NCBI RefSeq assembly: GCF_036321535.1
Contig: NC_087446.1
Coordinates: 5,952,001-6,016,000, forward strand
Source: Camelus dromedarius
Lineage: Eukaryota
Direction: 5' to 3'
DNA: 64,000 nt
Shown: piece after piece, positions 34,241 to 60,446 of the stretch
How positions within the stretch are numbered: the stretch's first letter is position 1
How the letters are laid out: the number at the start of each line of letters is the position of its first letter
Made by a program: the position numbers and the translations under genes
Notes under the pieces: model-generated
Databases searched by the model: none
Told to the model about the DNA's origin: nothing
Seen by the model: the letters and a program-made list of their open reading frames with translations, nothing else

Positions 34241-35299
34241 AGACTTTTTTTTTCAATGAATAAGGATATTAAACACTAAATTCATGATAGCGGTGACTCC
34301 TAGAGGAGGCAGGAGCATAGACCAGGTTAGAAATATGCAGGTAGCTATCAGAGGTAGAGCACAAACTCTTGGAGCCAGCTGAGTCTCAACCCAATATTGT
34401 CAAGTAACTTAGTCTCTGCGTCTCAGTTTTCTCATCTCTAAAAGGGGTATAACAGAGCTCAACTCATGTGTCATGAGGCTTACACAAGTTAATGCGCCTG
34501 AAGAATGTAAAACACTGGTAACCAGCAGCATGTTAACCAATGACATAAACCTTAACTGTATTACAACTACTTGAGGTGGGTACTGAAGTTCAAAAGTTTC
34601 CATTCTATTATGCTTTATAACTACGTATCTTACACGCTTTAACGCATAACTCATTTAAATGTACAAATACATTAAAAATAATACAGGAAAAAATTCAATT
34701 TTTTACCCTTTAAAATGGGAAAGACTGGGCTAGATGCAGGTCCGTCTCCCATGCTGGCTGGGGTCCCTAAGCCCTGATCCCTGCTCTTTCCCCAACACTC
34801 ACAAGGTGCCTGTCAACTGCACTTTCAGAAAAGACCAGTGGACTCCAGGCAGGAGTCAGAGGAGAAACCTAACATGGCAAGTGACCTAGACTGCACCACC
34901 TCAGTTTCCCCACCTGTAAAATGGGGGCACTAACCGTAGCCACCTGATCTAGGAGATTAATGATGACTAATCAGAATATCTATGCCCGGCCTAACATGTC
35001 GTTAGCTGTTATATTTCCCTTTACCCTTCCAGGCTCCCCTTGATGTTCAGAGAGAACCTCAGTAGGAAAATGTCAGGAGAGAGACCCAGAATATACGACC
35101 TAAGGTTCCTCCCAGCACCACAATTCTGTGCTGTTTTTTCATAGTCTGGCATAAAAACGTCCTTGTCTAAAATGAGCTGGTGATATAACCTACCTCCCTG
35201 GGCTGTGTTAGAAGCGTCGAGAAGCCAAAGGCCAGGAAAGCGCTTTCACATCTAGACCGCACTTCAAAAGAGTTGGTTAATGGAGAAAAAGAAAAAAGT

Positions 35300-42121
<6,822 letters not shown>

Positions 42122-42171
42122 AGTCACCCAGTGGGAAGGTGCATGTTGATATTTAAATATTTTACAGCACA

Positions 42172-42177
42172 AATAAA
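42172..42177 (+). terminator. NDUFA6 proximal polyA signal (second AATAAA at 42761-42766)
   Basis: AATAAA about 50 nt after the stop. Confidence 0.75.
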
Positions 42178-43294
42178 CTCTATATGATGGTCACTTCATG
42201 ACAGAATTCCACTGGTGAACCAACAGGAAACTCCTTCTGCAGTCTCTCACTTTTTGTCTGTGCACGTTGGGTCCCGTATACACGCCACCTGTTCTTTCCC
42301 TTCTCCTGAAGTGTGGTGCTTCCAGTAAATTAGATTCTCTTTTCTCAGTCTTGCATGTTGGTAAACAGGAAGGATGAGGCCATCTGCTCAGAAACTGTCA
42401 TTCTGGGTATGATACTGGATGGCTTTGTTAACTTAGTGATGTTTCTGCAGCCGCCGGATTGGATAGCTTGGTGTCACTGTACAGATTACCCAGAATTAGC
42501 CAGCTCTTGGTACTGGAGAAGGATCAGAAAAGCACTGAGGCCCAGAAGCAGAGCTGACAGGCTGGGCTGTTTCTCCTGGGCTCTAAGAAAATGGCTGCTC
42601 AGAACCCTAGCCCTCTACTTGCAACAAGCCGTGGTCCTTAAAACGAGGTTAACTTCCTACACCATGAGGCAGTCTACTAGGGACACAGCTGTTCAGTGCA
42701 CACACTGAACAGAAATATCTTCACTGTTTTTGCAAACGAATGTGGCTCTAGTGACGAGAGAATAAATCTTGACCCAGGTTAAAGAACTGATCTCTGCTTG
42801 CTTTGGACAGTAGTCTTCTCAGTTCCCTCCCCAGATAGTGTCAATGCTGGAGAAAGGGGTTCAGTGTCTATAGGTATAATCACCCTGAGGAGTCTCACAT
42901 TTTTCAACACCAGCTCTTTTTATTATTTTTCCATCTAAGGAACCCAAGTTTTGAAAGAATTCTAAAAATTATATATTTCTTAAGGAGTTTTAATCAGTCA
43001 AGTTCCTTGTTATTACATGCGATAATGAGCCAGTGTTACTCAACACAAAAAAAGCTCGAGGCTTTAGTTAGCCTGTGCAGCTTTACTGAGGGAAAAGACC
43101 TTCTGTTGGACTTTTGTAAGTAATGAAAATTGGTGCCAGGTCCCCTTAATTACCTTGTGGATCCATTAGGGACTGGAGATTCTGGATTGTAAATCAAAGA
43201 CCTCTATGGTCAGCTGATAGAGAAAGAACAAGGACAAGAAACTGCAACCAGAGCCTGCTTGTACTGAGACGCTCCAGCCATCACTCAGTCATAC

Positions 43295-43512
43295 AGAGCT
43301 GATGTTTATTATGTTTATTCATAATTTGATTGTGCTCAGTGGACAGCACATCTCTGGGAGCCTCCGAGAGCCTGGGGATCTGAGCTGTGGTCACAGACCA
43401 TGCAGAAGGCTTCCCCTGCACCCATTTGCTGATAGGGAAGGAAGAGAGGCTGCAAGCATCATCGTTTCTTAATTAAGTTAGGGCTTTCTCCTTTCTGTAC
43501 TTCCTCCATGCC
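43295..43512 (-). other. SMDT1: SMDT1 terminal 3' UTR exon
   Basis: Acceptor tttcttgcag| ending at 43513. Minus text acagaaaggagaaagc...caatcaaattatgAATAAAcatAATAAA resembles the human SMDT1 3' UTR as recalled. AATAAA at 43314-43319 and 43305-43310. Confidence 0.75.
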
Positions 43513-44632
43513 CTGCAAGAAAGGAAAGCAGCAGTGAACTGGGTGACAGAACAGTCCTCTAACCATATACCAGAAGGGAATTCCAGAGTAGTTCTAACAA
43601 ACATGGCAGGAGAAAGGCAGTTTTTAGTACATTTGATTATTCATACATATATTTACTGAACATTCACTAGAGACCAGGCACTGGGGGCCCAAAGGTATAA
43701 AAAACATGTTCTCTGCCAGCAAGATTAGAGTTTAGGGTACATCTGTGTACTTAAGCATATAATACTGAGTGTCACAAGAGAGGTACTGGTCACTTGGGGC
43801 GGAGTAGTCGCTTTCAAGTGGAAGAATGAGGAAAGACTTCATCAAAGACAATGAAGAATTGGTGGGAATAAGAGCAATGGGAAACAATCTTTCAACTGAG
43901 ACGAATAATGAGTCACTGCTTGAGAGTGTGTAAGAGTATGGGTCATTCAAGAAATCGTGAATACTGGGGATAGGTATGTGGTTGTGTAGGTAGGTGAGTG
44001 AATGTGGAAGATAAGGCTGGAATAATAGGTGTGACCAGACTGTGGCAAGTCTTAAATGCCACATTAAGGAAGCAGGAGTGACCTTATTTACAACAGTAAT
44101 GCAGCCCATCGGCACATACCAGAGCATGGAAGTCAACCCAAGAAAGCTGAATGGAACGGGGACAGGGTAAGGGTTTATGAACAGCATATGAACCAGGTTG
44201 CAGTGCCTGTGTTTTGCCTATACTGACACAGCTTGGTAAGCAGAGCTCACTGGTGAGGACCTGCAGTTTCTAAATTTCAATGTGGAGCTGCTGAGATGAA
44301 GCTATTTGTGGTGAGTGTGTAAGGTATATTAAATTGTCTAGAAAATTTGTGGGTTAAGAGAATGAGGGTACACAAAGGGCAAATGAAAAGGCTGGCTAGG
44401 ATCCAATTTAAGAGACCCCAGTAAATTTGTGAGTCAATGATAGTTTCCTTCATCCAACATAGAGAAAAGGTGAAATAAAAATATAAGTCACCAAGTGAGT
44501 CAGTTCATTAAAGGTCTGTGCTTCTGCTTTGAGTGTCCAGATGCTGCCACCAGGCCAAACAGCATCGCAGTTCAGATGCTCCACCCCCCTTACTGCTGCT
44601 GGTCTACATAGGGAANNNNNNNNNNNNNNNNN

Positions 44633-46355
44633 NNNNNNNNNNNNNNNNNNNNNNNNNNNNNNNNNNNNNNNNNNNNNNNNNNNNNNNNNNNNNNNNNNNN
44701 NNNNNNNNNNNNNNNNNNNNNNNNNNNNNNNNNNNNNNNNNNNNNNNNNNNNNNNNNNNNNNNNNNNNNNNTGCAGAGGGTCAGAGTAGTGGCTGTGAGC
44801 TCCAGAGCTCATTCTGGTAGGACCACAGAGGGCCTGACCCTCTGAGGGTCATTCCCTCCTGTGGACCTGAGACCCATCATAAGCAACTTGATTTTAAAGT
44901 CCTTGGAAAAATTCAGAGCAAGAAAAATAATTAGAAGAAATAGTGATTTTATGGCCATCAAACTATACCAGAAAGAAAAGTATAAGGCACTTTATAGACA
45001 TCTAAAAATTGGGGCACAACCTATTAATTATTTGCAGGTACTTATAAAACAGCTGAGAAAGTACTGAATTGGACTAGGGAAATAGAGTTCAGCTTTATTT
45101 TAAGACACTACATGAAAATAGACTACAAAAGGATGTACAGTGAACTTCGACACAGTTCTTTAACTGGTTCACTGGTACCTGAGAAATTTGATTTCATCAC
45201 ATTAAATTTTAGGAACAGGTGTTTTGAAATTCGAGCATGTCTTTGTATTAAAAGGTTAGCTATTTGGATGGACTGGCAGAGATTCCGTAAAATCTCAACA
45301 TTTCCTCTCATATTTTACTACGGAATTAACAACAACAACAACAACAACAACAACAAAAAGTTTCATTTGTGTCTCTTGAAAAGCAGCTCTTCTGCAATAT
45401 GACCCTGCTTCCTGCTGTAAAACAACCCTAAACGCACTTCTCTGTGTCAGTTTGCATTGGCCAGACTAGCTTTAAAAGAATTTGGTTTTGTTAAGTCCCA
45501 CACAGCCCTGGAGTCAAAAGGCCAACTTGTTTGGTATAAGGGACTGTTACTGTTTTACTGAGAAAAGCCAAGGGTACTGAGGGCAGGAAACCTGGATTCC
45601 GGAACCTAACTCAGCTGCTAGCTTTGGACACTGGCTTTGCCACTCCCGCCCCTGATTCTTCATTTGTAAAAACACTGATTACAATACTTCCCTGCACACC
45701 TAATCACATGAACTAAATACTAAGTTAAAACTCACAAAAAGATATCTGTCCCACGTACCCTTCGTTTACAAAGTCCTTCCACAGTTCGCTATTTCATCCC
45801 ATTCAACTCTAAGTTACATGGCTTGTCTACATTGGATATATAAAGCAGAGCCCTGTGGCTCCCGAGAGCTAGGACATCGCGCTCCTTACGATAAGCTAGT
45901 GCAAAGTGCCGTCTTTCTCAGCTCTACCCTCCTACCCCCTAACTTCTGCCTCCCTGCACCCAGCTCTACACCGGGATCCTACCCGACCATTTCCTCTCAC
46001 TTGTCAAAATTAGCAGCATTATTAGCGCAAAACTTTGTCCTTGATCCGTCTTCCGGTCTAAGGAGGTCGTACGACTGGTCTCTGCGCCTATCAATCAGTG
46101 TCGACCCGCACACACTCCCCACAACGATTGGCCTCGGCCCCTTCGCCCCGCCCCTTGGGAGACACTCACTTTCACCGGTTTGGGCAAAATGGCGCCGCTG
46201 CGAGTAACGATGACTGACCTCGACGGTACCAGGCTCCGACCTGAGCCGCCCCGTGCGGCGGGGACATCACCACCTTTCCTCAGGCTCAGCCCACTCCGGA
46301 AAGCCCCAGATCGGACGGGTGCTAATGCCAGCCAGCGAGCCGCTCCGGACGCCAT
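44633..46355 (-). CDS. SMDT1: Essential MCU regulator EMRE (SMDT1); exon 2 inferred inside an N gap
   Basis: Exon 1 CDS 46355-46170: MASGAARWLALAPVRSGAFRSGLSLRKGGDVPAARGGSGRSLVPSRSVIVTRSGAILPKPVK|gtgagt. An acceptor ctgaccctctgca[g] runs directly into the 156-nt gap 44616-44771, which fits the expected exon of about 140 nt. The lower coordinate is inferred, not seen. Confidence 0.9.
45328..45354. repeat. (AAC)9 microsatellite in SMDT1 intron 1
   Basis: Direct reading. Confidence 0.95.
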
Positions 46356-46620
46356 CTTCCAGCTCCGCCCCTAGCCCGGGCACCTGGTCCCCACCGCCCG
46401 GCCCCGGTGACGCCCCCCGGAAGAACGTCGCCCCAAACCTCGCGAGGCTTTCGGGATTTGACGAGAGATCCAGTTTACAGACTCGCGCGGTGCGCTTAGT
46501 TCCTGTTGCGGAAGGAAAGAGGTATTTGTCACCGGCCCGACGTGGTGATGTCACGAGGATGTCGCCGATGCCCGGTACACCCCTCATATCTAGCCTGGTG
46601 GGCAGGACCATCAGATGGGG
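46050..46620. promoter_or_regulatory. SMDT1 CpG-island promoter / exon 1
   Basis: CpG-rich; YY1 core AAGATGGCG (minus, 46350-46358) overlaps the start codon. Confidence 0.7.
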
Positions 46621-47311
46621 TTCGTCCGGCGTGAAGCCTTCTGATTTCTGTCATTGTTCCTGCACCAAGGACAGTCAGGGCTTGGCAGAGCAGGTAGTTG
46701 TTGAAATGAAAAAATCACTTTAATTGAACTTCAAGCTGTTGTATTTTTTTAAAAATACAATTCAGATTTACTACTCCTGCTACTTGGTTCTGGAATTTTA
46801 TTTCATGTCAAGAAATATGTATAGCCAAATGAAAAATATATCTGAAAAGGAAGAATATGGGGGCTTTCACATAAATTGACTGTCTAGGTGATTACTGAAA
46901 TAAACTTGAAGAACCAAAATGAGTAATTAAGAAAACATAATGTTTTAATAGTATATATAAAAAAAGGCCGTAACAATAGGAATGATAACAAAAGCCTGTA
47001 GTATCTGTGTATAAAACAAGGTACAGTGGGCTGTGGGGCTCCTATACAGGGCTGGGAAGGTGGGCTCTCTCCCTGGGAACCCGTCCTGGACCCTGGGTGG
47101 CATCTCAGCCTCCTGGGCTTAAAGAGGCTCTGAGCCCAAGCCTCTAGCACAGTCGGGCCCTCGTCAGGCTGCCCAAGGCCCCAATAAGGCAGAGAGTCTA
47201 GGAAGGGGGAGGTTGTTTCTGCTGGGGAGGAGTAAACATTAAACTCTTGAAAAAGCACTGGCCCTGGTGTCCTGACCAGCAGGACAAGGGCTGAACCAGA
47301 AGGCGGAAGGC

Positions 47312-48091
47312 TTAGGGCCTATCCTGTTCCTCGCAGTCTGGCTGGCTCCCCTGGGCCCTCTGCAGCCATACCCGCCTCAGTTCCATAATCTCCTGGCCAT
47401 ACCAGTAGTGCAGGGTAGAGAAGCAGGAGGTCTCAGGGGACACAGGGCTCTGCCCCCTACCTAGGAGGAGGCTGGCAGGACTTTGCAACTCCCACTCAGA
47501 CAAGCCCCGCCCTGCTGGCCTGCTGCCCGCTTCTTCCACCAAGCCCACAGAGCTACAGTCCGTGGAGAGGGAGTGGCCATTCTCCAGGCCAGAAGACCAG
47601 TGGTCAGTAGCCTGAGCCTTAGGGCGGCTGGGAATGGCCTTCCAGGATGAGCGACGATGCAAGTCCAGGCTGTGGCGGGCATCACGCAACTGGCTCTCCA
47701 GCTCACGCACTACCAGGCGCATGTAGCCGAAGCTTGCCCTAGATAGTGCCTTCACCCATGCCTCCTGGGCTGCCGGCCCATCTGCTGCAAGTAGGTGTGG
47801 ACGCACGCCAGGGGCGTCGAAGCGGATGGCAAAGGCAAACTCTTCAGGCATGGGAGCCTCAGCCAGCTCCACTGTGCAGCCCTCCAGCACCACCAGGCTC
47901 AGCGGGGCCCGGCCTTCTCGATTCTCAAAGGCGAAAAGCAGGTTGCCCTTGAGGACAAACCAGCACCTTCGGCCAGCGCCACTGGGGGTTGGTGGGGTCC
48001 CTGCGCCCCCCCAAGTGCGCAGGAAGCCCGTGTGGTCTGCTGGGGAGTCACTCAATGCGTAGTGGGCCACACTCCTCTCGTTCAGCTTCAT
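47312..48091 (-). CDS. PHETA2: PH domain-containing endocytic trafficking adaptor 2 (sesquipedalian-2 / FAM109B), 259 aa, single coding exon
   Basis: [25 protein letters not shown]...[13 protein letters not shown]...LEGCTVEL...EAWVKAL (PH domain), coiled coil, F&H motif FSTLH. Acceptor tttcccctcacag| precedes 48107. Confidence 0.96.
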   Translation of the reverse strand: MKLNERSVAHYALSDSPADHTGFLRTWGGAGTPPTPSGAGRRCWFVLKGNLLFAFENREGRAPLSLVVLEGCTVELAEAPMPEEFAFAIRFDAPGVRPHLLAADGPAAQEAWVKALSRASFGYMRLVVRELESQLRDARHSLDLHRRSSWKAIPSRPKAQATDHWSSGLENGHSLSTDCSSVGLVEEAGSRPAGRGLSEWELQSPASLLLGRGQSPVSPETSCFSTLHYWYGQEIMELRRVWLQRAQGSQPDCEEQDRP

Positions 48092-49849
48092 GGCTCCCAT
48101 AAGAACACTGTGAGGGGAAAGAGGCAGCCGCAGATCAGAGAGGGAGCAGCCTCTGTGCCCCTGTGGGGAAAAGAACATGGGCTCTGGAGGAGACCTGGGC
48201 CCCAACACTGTTGCCTCTTCTCATTTGCTGTGCTCTGAGGCTCTCAGTGTCTTCATCTGTGAAATGGGCTCATCTCCCCTGCCTTTTCTCAAAGGGTTGT
48301 TGTGAGGATCATGGAAAAAACAACTTCAGAGAACTCAAGAAAAGGATAATGTGATTGTATCAGACCAGGAAATATGTCAGGGCTGTAACATTACTTTTTA
48401 AAACTCAAAGAAAAAAGGTATCAGCTGAGCTGAAATGGACCCCAATCCTATAGAAACCATTGTGCTTAAACTATCCCCTAATTTGAGGGCCCCTTACCTC
48501 CAACCCTGAGGCCAAGCCTCCAGGGTTTCCGTGACCCCTGTAGGCCCCTGCCGGCCTCGCATTTATTAATGGTACAGTTGTCCTTTAGTATCCTTGAGGG
48601 CTAGATGGGGCTGGGGTGGGGCAGGCCTGCCTCATTCCTCCATCAGTGGGGCTCGGATAGGAACCTGCTCATTAAAGAAGAGGGTAGTACAAACCAGGGC
48701 ATGGTTGAGTAGAATCAACCTCAGCCACTGAATGTTGGTGCCCTACAGATCACAAGTGGCATCTAATCCAACTGTCCTCCTGAATCATGGGAAACTGAGG
48801 CCAGAACAATGAAGGTGAACTGCCTAAGGTCATATGGCAAGTGAGAAGCAGAGCTTCGTCTCCTGATCCCCTCACACCCTTTGGGGGCAAGTCTTGGCAG
48901 TGACCCACTTACCAGCAGAGCTCAGTGGGCAGGGGCAGGAGCCTCTCTTGTCTGGCCACACAGCTCAGCCCTTAGACCACATGGTTTCCAGGGCACCTGC
49001 AAAAGAATTTTCAAACCCAGTCAAACCATCCTAAAGGATGAGTCTGCTACTCAGCCCCTGGGGTCAAATGAAACCACCACCTCCTCCAGGAAGCCTTCCC
49101 TGACCCCTGATAACCCCCCACCCACCCACCAGGCCACCCAGGCCCCTTATGAGCAATTTAAGGAGCTAAGTCCCATTGTCCTGATCATCACACTTCAGAC
49201 CTCAGCTCCCTGCTCCCTAAGGCTAGAGTTAAGTGCCCTCATAGCTTTTCCCTTGTAGCATTTGTCACAGTTTATTTGTGGTCTTTAAGTAACCTAATCT
49301 GAGAGGCCTGCCCTGATCACTCTATCTAAGGTGGTCCTGATCACCAAGGTGGCCTGATCTAAAGTGACCCAACCAGCAGCCCCCTCACTTCTGTTTTCAT
49401 TTCCTTCATTCAGCAATGATCTCTGTGTTTACAGCGCTGTCCCCAGCCCCATAATGCCTAGGGCAGGCCTGAGCTTGGCTCCTAGTGGAACCCCCAATAT
49501 ACAGTCCCTTCCAGAGGGAGGCCCTCTGGAAATATTTGTTTAAAAACTGGGAATACAACAGTGGACAAAATACAGTCCCTCCCTCCCTATATTTCAGGGG
49601 CAGAGACACTTTAATAATAATTAGTGCATTTTAAATTTTAATTAAATAATAAATAATTTAAGGACTAGTATGATAAAGGCTATGGAAAGAAACAAGCAAG
49701 GTCCTGGGATGGGGGAGGGGCCATTCTGGATGACGAGGGGGAGATCACAGATGTTTGCCCGAGAAGTGGCTCATCTCCCTTCCATTGGGCGCAGGGAGAG
49801 AGGGCCAGGAGCTCACAGAACTGTCTCCCCTCCCCTGCCGCGTGCCTGG

Positions 49850-50750
49850 GAAAGGGCGCCCCACCCCCACCCCCGAACAGGGATGCGAGGCCCGGACCTC
49901 AACCCCCGGGTACACCGCGTCTTTATAGATTCTTTTGTTAGAGGTGCGGTGGGCTGGGGCGTGGGACCCGCCGGCCACTGGCCACCCGCGCTGGGCCCCT
50001 GACGCTCTGTCACCTTGAAACAAGGGTTTCCTCACCAGGAACTCCTGGGTGAGTGCCGCAGACTCGGGGTGCGGATGCCGCCTTGGTTTCCCCATCGCGC
50101 ATGGGGCTGACCTGCCACGTCCCCGCGGGCCACGCCTTCCCTGCGGCCACCTCCTCCCGAGCCCGCCGGGCCTGCTCTCACCTCCGCGCTGCTGCAGCCC
50201 AGGAGCGCGGCCTGCGGGGTGGGCTGCGACCGCAGCCCGGGGGCGATCTTGGCTGGCTCCGGACCCCACGCCTCCGCCAGGGCCGCCAACGTGGCCGCGG
50301 GAGCCGGGAGACCCCGCCCGGGCGGCTGGAGTTACCGCCCCCGCCCTTCCCCGCCCACGACTCACTAGGCCTCGCGATCCGCGAAGCCGCCCCTTGATCC
50401 ACGCGGGAGGGAAACTGAGGTCTATAGGCCGTGACCTGCCCGAGCCACACTGTTGGTCAGTGGCAGAAGGCCTCTAACTCAGAGTCCCACCTCAGGCGGT
50501 CCGGGGGCCTCGGCCCCAGCCCACCTCCCAGAGAACTCGGAGACCTTCTCTCCCCGCCTCCAATCCCCCTCTCCCCGCCCGGCCCAGTTCTCCCGCAGAG
50601 CCAAGCTTGGGAAGGCCTCAGCCCAGCCTGGGCGGGCCCTATCCAGTCTGCGAGGCTCAGCCCAGCTTCCCAGCCACCCAGCCTGGCCCCTGGAGTCGGT
50701 GGGATCTCTGCTTCTGGGGATTATCCGTTTCTGCTTCCGCCACTCCCGCC
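49850..50750 (-). promoter_or_regulatory. PHETA2 CpG island with non-coding 5' exons
   Basis: CpG-rich; minus-strand donors CTG|GTGAGG (50036|50035) and CTA|GTGAGT (50366|50365). Exon limits not certain. Confidence 0.6.
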
Positions 50751-50929
50751 CACCTGCAAAGCAGCTTCGGCGCCCAGTCTCTGAGGAGAGTCGGTCCGTA
50801 GTTATGCCTGCGGTGAAGGTTGCAGAAGGGCACAACCAGACGGAGGATAGCCCTGGAAGCGGGTGAGCTGAGACCGTTTGCCCATGAACTTGCCGTTTCC
50901 CACCTCAAAGTTTTGGCCTTTGCAGTTTC

Positions 50930-51900
50930 TGCAGCCTAGAATGCTCTTCCTCCTCAACTCTACTCCCTGGCTCTAACGCCTCAGGACTCCTTCACATCAC
51001 TTAGATCTCAGCTCAGATATCCCCTCCCTGACCATGAGATGTAAAGTAGCGTACCCAGAGGTCTCTATCACATCCCTGGGTTGTATTTTCATTATAGCAC
51101 TAACCACTTATTTAAAAACTTTCCAACACTTATGTTTTTATTTCCTGTTTATTACGTGTCTTCTCCACTAAATTTTATTAAGTTAATAATAGAAACCATA
51201 ATAAATGTGTTAGAAGGCAGTAAGTTCTGTGAAAAATATAGAGCAGGGACAAGGAGATTCGGAATTGGAGGAGTTGGGAGGTGGCAATTTTAAACAGAAT
51301 GGTAAGGATAGGCCACACTGATAAGATGACATTTGAGAAATACTTGAAGCAAATGAGGGAACTAGTCTTGCCAAAATCTGGAGGAAGAGCATTCCAGGCA
51401 GAGGGAGCAGCTACTGCAATGGTCCTGAGGCTTGTTGTGTTTGAGGAACTGCAGGCAGACGAGTGTAGCACAGTGTAGCACAGAGGCGGTGAGCAGGGGA
51501 GAGCAGTAGGAATGGGGTCAGAATGTGTGGGGTGGGGCTTTGTAAATCTGTGAGGGCTGTTACTCCGGACTGAAATGAACAGCCATCACAGAATCTTTAG
51601 TGGAGGTTTTGACCTATGTAAAACATTCTTTAAAAAAGGATTACTCTGACTGCTAAAAAGAGAAAAAAATGTAGGTGGAAGCCTAGTGAGGACCAATGAG
51701 GAGGCTGCTGGAGTAATCCAGGCAAGATGTGATGGGGGCTGGGAGAATAGAGAGAGGTGACCAAATTCAGGATGGGTTTTGAAGGCAGAGAAGGCAGGGT
51801 TTGCAGAGAGATTGGATGTAGGGAGTGAGGGAAGGAGAAGGAAAGGAGGACTCCAAGGTTTTGGCTTGAGCACCTGGAAGGAGATCTGCCATTACCTTAT
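50930..51900. mobile_element. LINE-2 fragments
   Basis: gaaggaagagcattccaggcagagggagcagc and gaggaccaatgaggaggctgctggagtaatccaggcaagatgtgatgg are L2-like. Similar pieces near 43620-44120 and 48900-49450. Confidence 0.65.
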
Positions 51901-52299
51901 GGAAGTGGCAGGTGTTCGGGTTGGGGCCAGTAATGTTCGAGAGTGTCTAGCCAAGTGAAGGTGCCAGGAATAAAGTGTTTGGTATCTAATAGTTGCTTAA
52001 TAAATATTTGATGAATGAAAGAGGAAGGAATATTAGAGCAGCTAGATAAGCATAATCGGTGCCCCAAGTGTCAGGCAGGAAAGGAGAGGCTCCCGGCTTT
52101 TCAACAGCTGTGTCCCCACCTGGTTTGCTTTCCCCACGCATCCTCCTCCTAGTGCCTATTCATCATACTGTTTCTGAGCCTCTTGCTAAGGGCCATGCTT
52201 CAGCACATTCTCTTATTTTTCTTAACAAAGCCTGCAGCAGGTATTCAGCGATTTATAGAGCATCTACAGTGCACTATCCTTGCCTTCAGGGGCCCCGCA

Positions 52300-53072
52300 G
52301 AGATGAAAGGACTAGCCTCAGAGGGAACCTGGCTCACGCCTGCCTTGGGAGAGCGCAGAGCTGATGCTCAAAGGAGGCGGGGCCTTGGGAGGTTCGGAGG
52401 GCTTACTGGGACCATAGAGGGCGAGGCACGACGTTGCTAGGGGATTCTGATAGGTTTCGCTGGTTTGCCGCCGTCAGGCCCCGCCCCTCTGGAACGCTGT
52501 AAGCAAATCAGGTGACTGCCGCCGTAGTCGCCTCTGGAGGCAGAAGCGGGCGGAAGGGGTAAGTGCCGTGGGTTGTGGCCTCTGCGAGGAACGGGGAGGG
52601 GGTCCCCACGCTAAAGCGCTGGGCCTGCGGTCCTTGGGGGCGGGGGACGACAACATAGACCGAGTGGGAGTCCGGAGCCTGGTCCCGGCCCGACGCCTCC
52701 GTTCTTCCCGGGTGTCCTCGAGCCTGTTGCGACCTTTCTCTGGCCCCGACCTGGCAGAGGGCCGCCCTTGGGCGCTTGGCGTTCCAATCACTGGAGAGGG
52801 GGTGAGGTCTAACGTCCAAGACATCTTGTTTAGTATTTATGAAGAAAGAAACCAGGCTAGCGGAAGTGATGGCCGGAGGAGGGGGTAGGGGCTGTGAGGG
52901 CGGCTTGAGAACCCAATGTGGGATCTACACCCAAGGTTAAGGGCGGCAGGGCTAGCCAGGCAGTAGTGACCTCAGTGCTTTTCTAATGTTTCTTAGCTTC
53001 CAAAGCCCGACATATAAAGCTGGTAAAAGCAGAGCAGATCTGGTCAGGTCCTGAGACGCTGAGTCCAGAGCA
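52300..53072 (+). promoter_or_regulatory. NAGA CpG promoter with a probable 5' UTR intron
   Basis: CpG-rich. Donor GGG|GTAAGT (52558|52559), acceptor ttttctaatgtttcttag| (52996|52997), ETS site cggaagtg at 52861-52868, CCAAT near 52783. Confidence 0.65.
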
Positions 53073-59936
<6,864 letters not shown>

Positions 59937-60440
59937 GGAGCTGGCACATATGATAGGCTGTGGCAGCACCACTGAGCCCAGACCATGGTGGTTCCACGTG
60001 CTGAGGGCCAGGAGGTGGGGTTCTCTGCTACCCAGGCCTGCTCGGTGACCTGACCCCATCAGACCCAAAGTGCAATCCCAGGGCTAGGTTCTGTGCCCTG
60101 CCCGTGCATGAACTCTCTTGGAAACTTGTCTTGGGTAAGTTTCCTGTAGCCTTTCTGACCCTCTACCTCACCCCAGATGCACAGCCCCAAATGTTGCTGA
60201 ACAACTCAGCCAGCCTCCTGAGCCCCCACAGGCAGGGGCATTAATACCCATCAGGACTCTAGCCTCTGACCTTCTTTTTGTTGACTTTGGAATCAGGATT
60301 GGGAATTTTTCTTATAATTAGGCGAGGAGCTCTGACCTTTTGTCAGGAACTCCTATGAATTGTGTGATTGACTTTCCTGCCCGGAGAAGGCCTTGCAGGC
60401 TGACACTGCCTGGGCGTGACCTTGGTCTCCTTGGGTCACC

Positions 60441-60446
60441 AATAAA
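60441..60446 (+). terminator. NAGA polyA signal
   Basis: AATAAA about 500 nt after the stop, followed by GT/T-rich sequence. Confidence 0.7.

Noticed and set aside
48108-48208. First about 34 residues of the 298-aa PHETA2 ORF
   Set aside because: Upstream of the splice acceptor at 48108, so intronic.
49745-50866. 206-aa and other Arg/Gly/Pro-rich ORFs in the PHETA2 CpG island
   Set aside because: Typical CpG-island artefacts with low-complexity composition.
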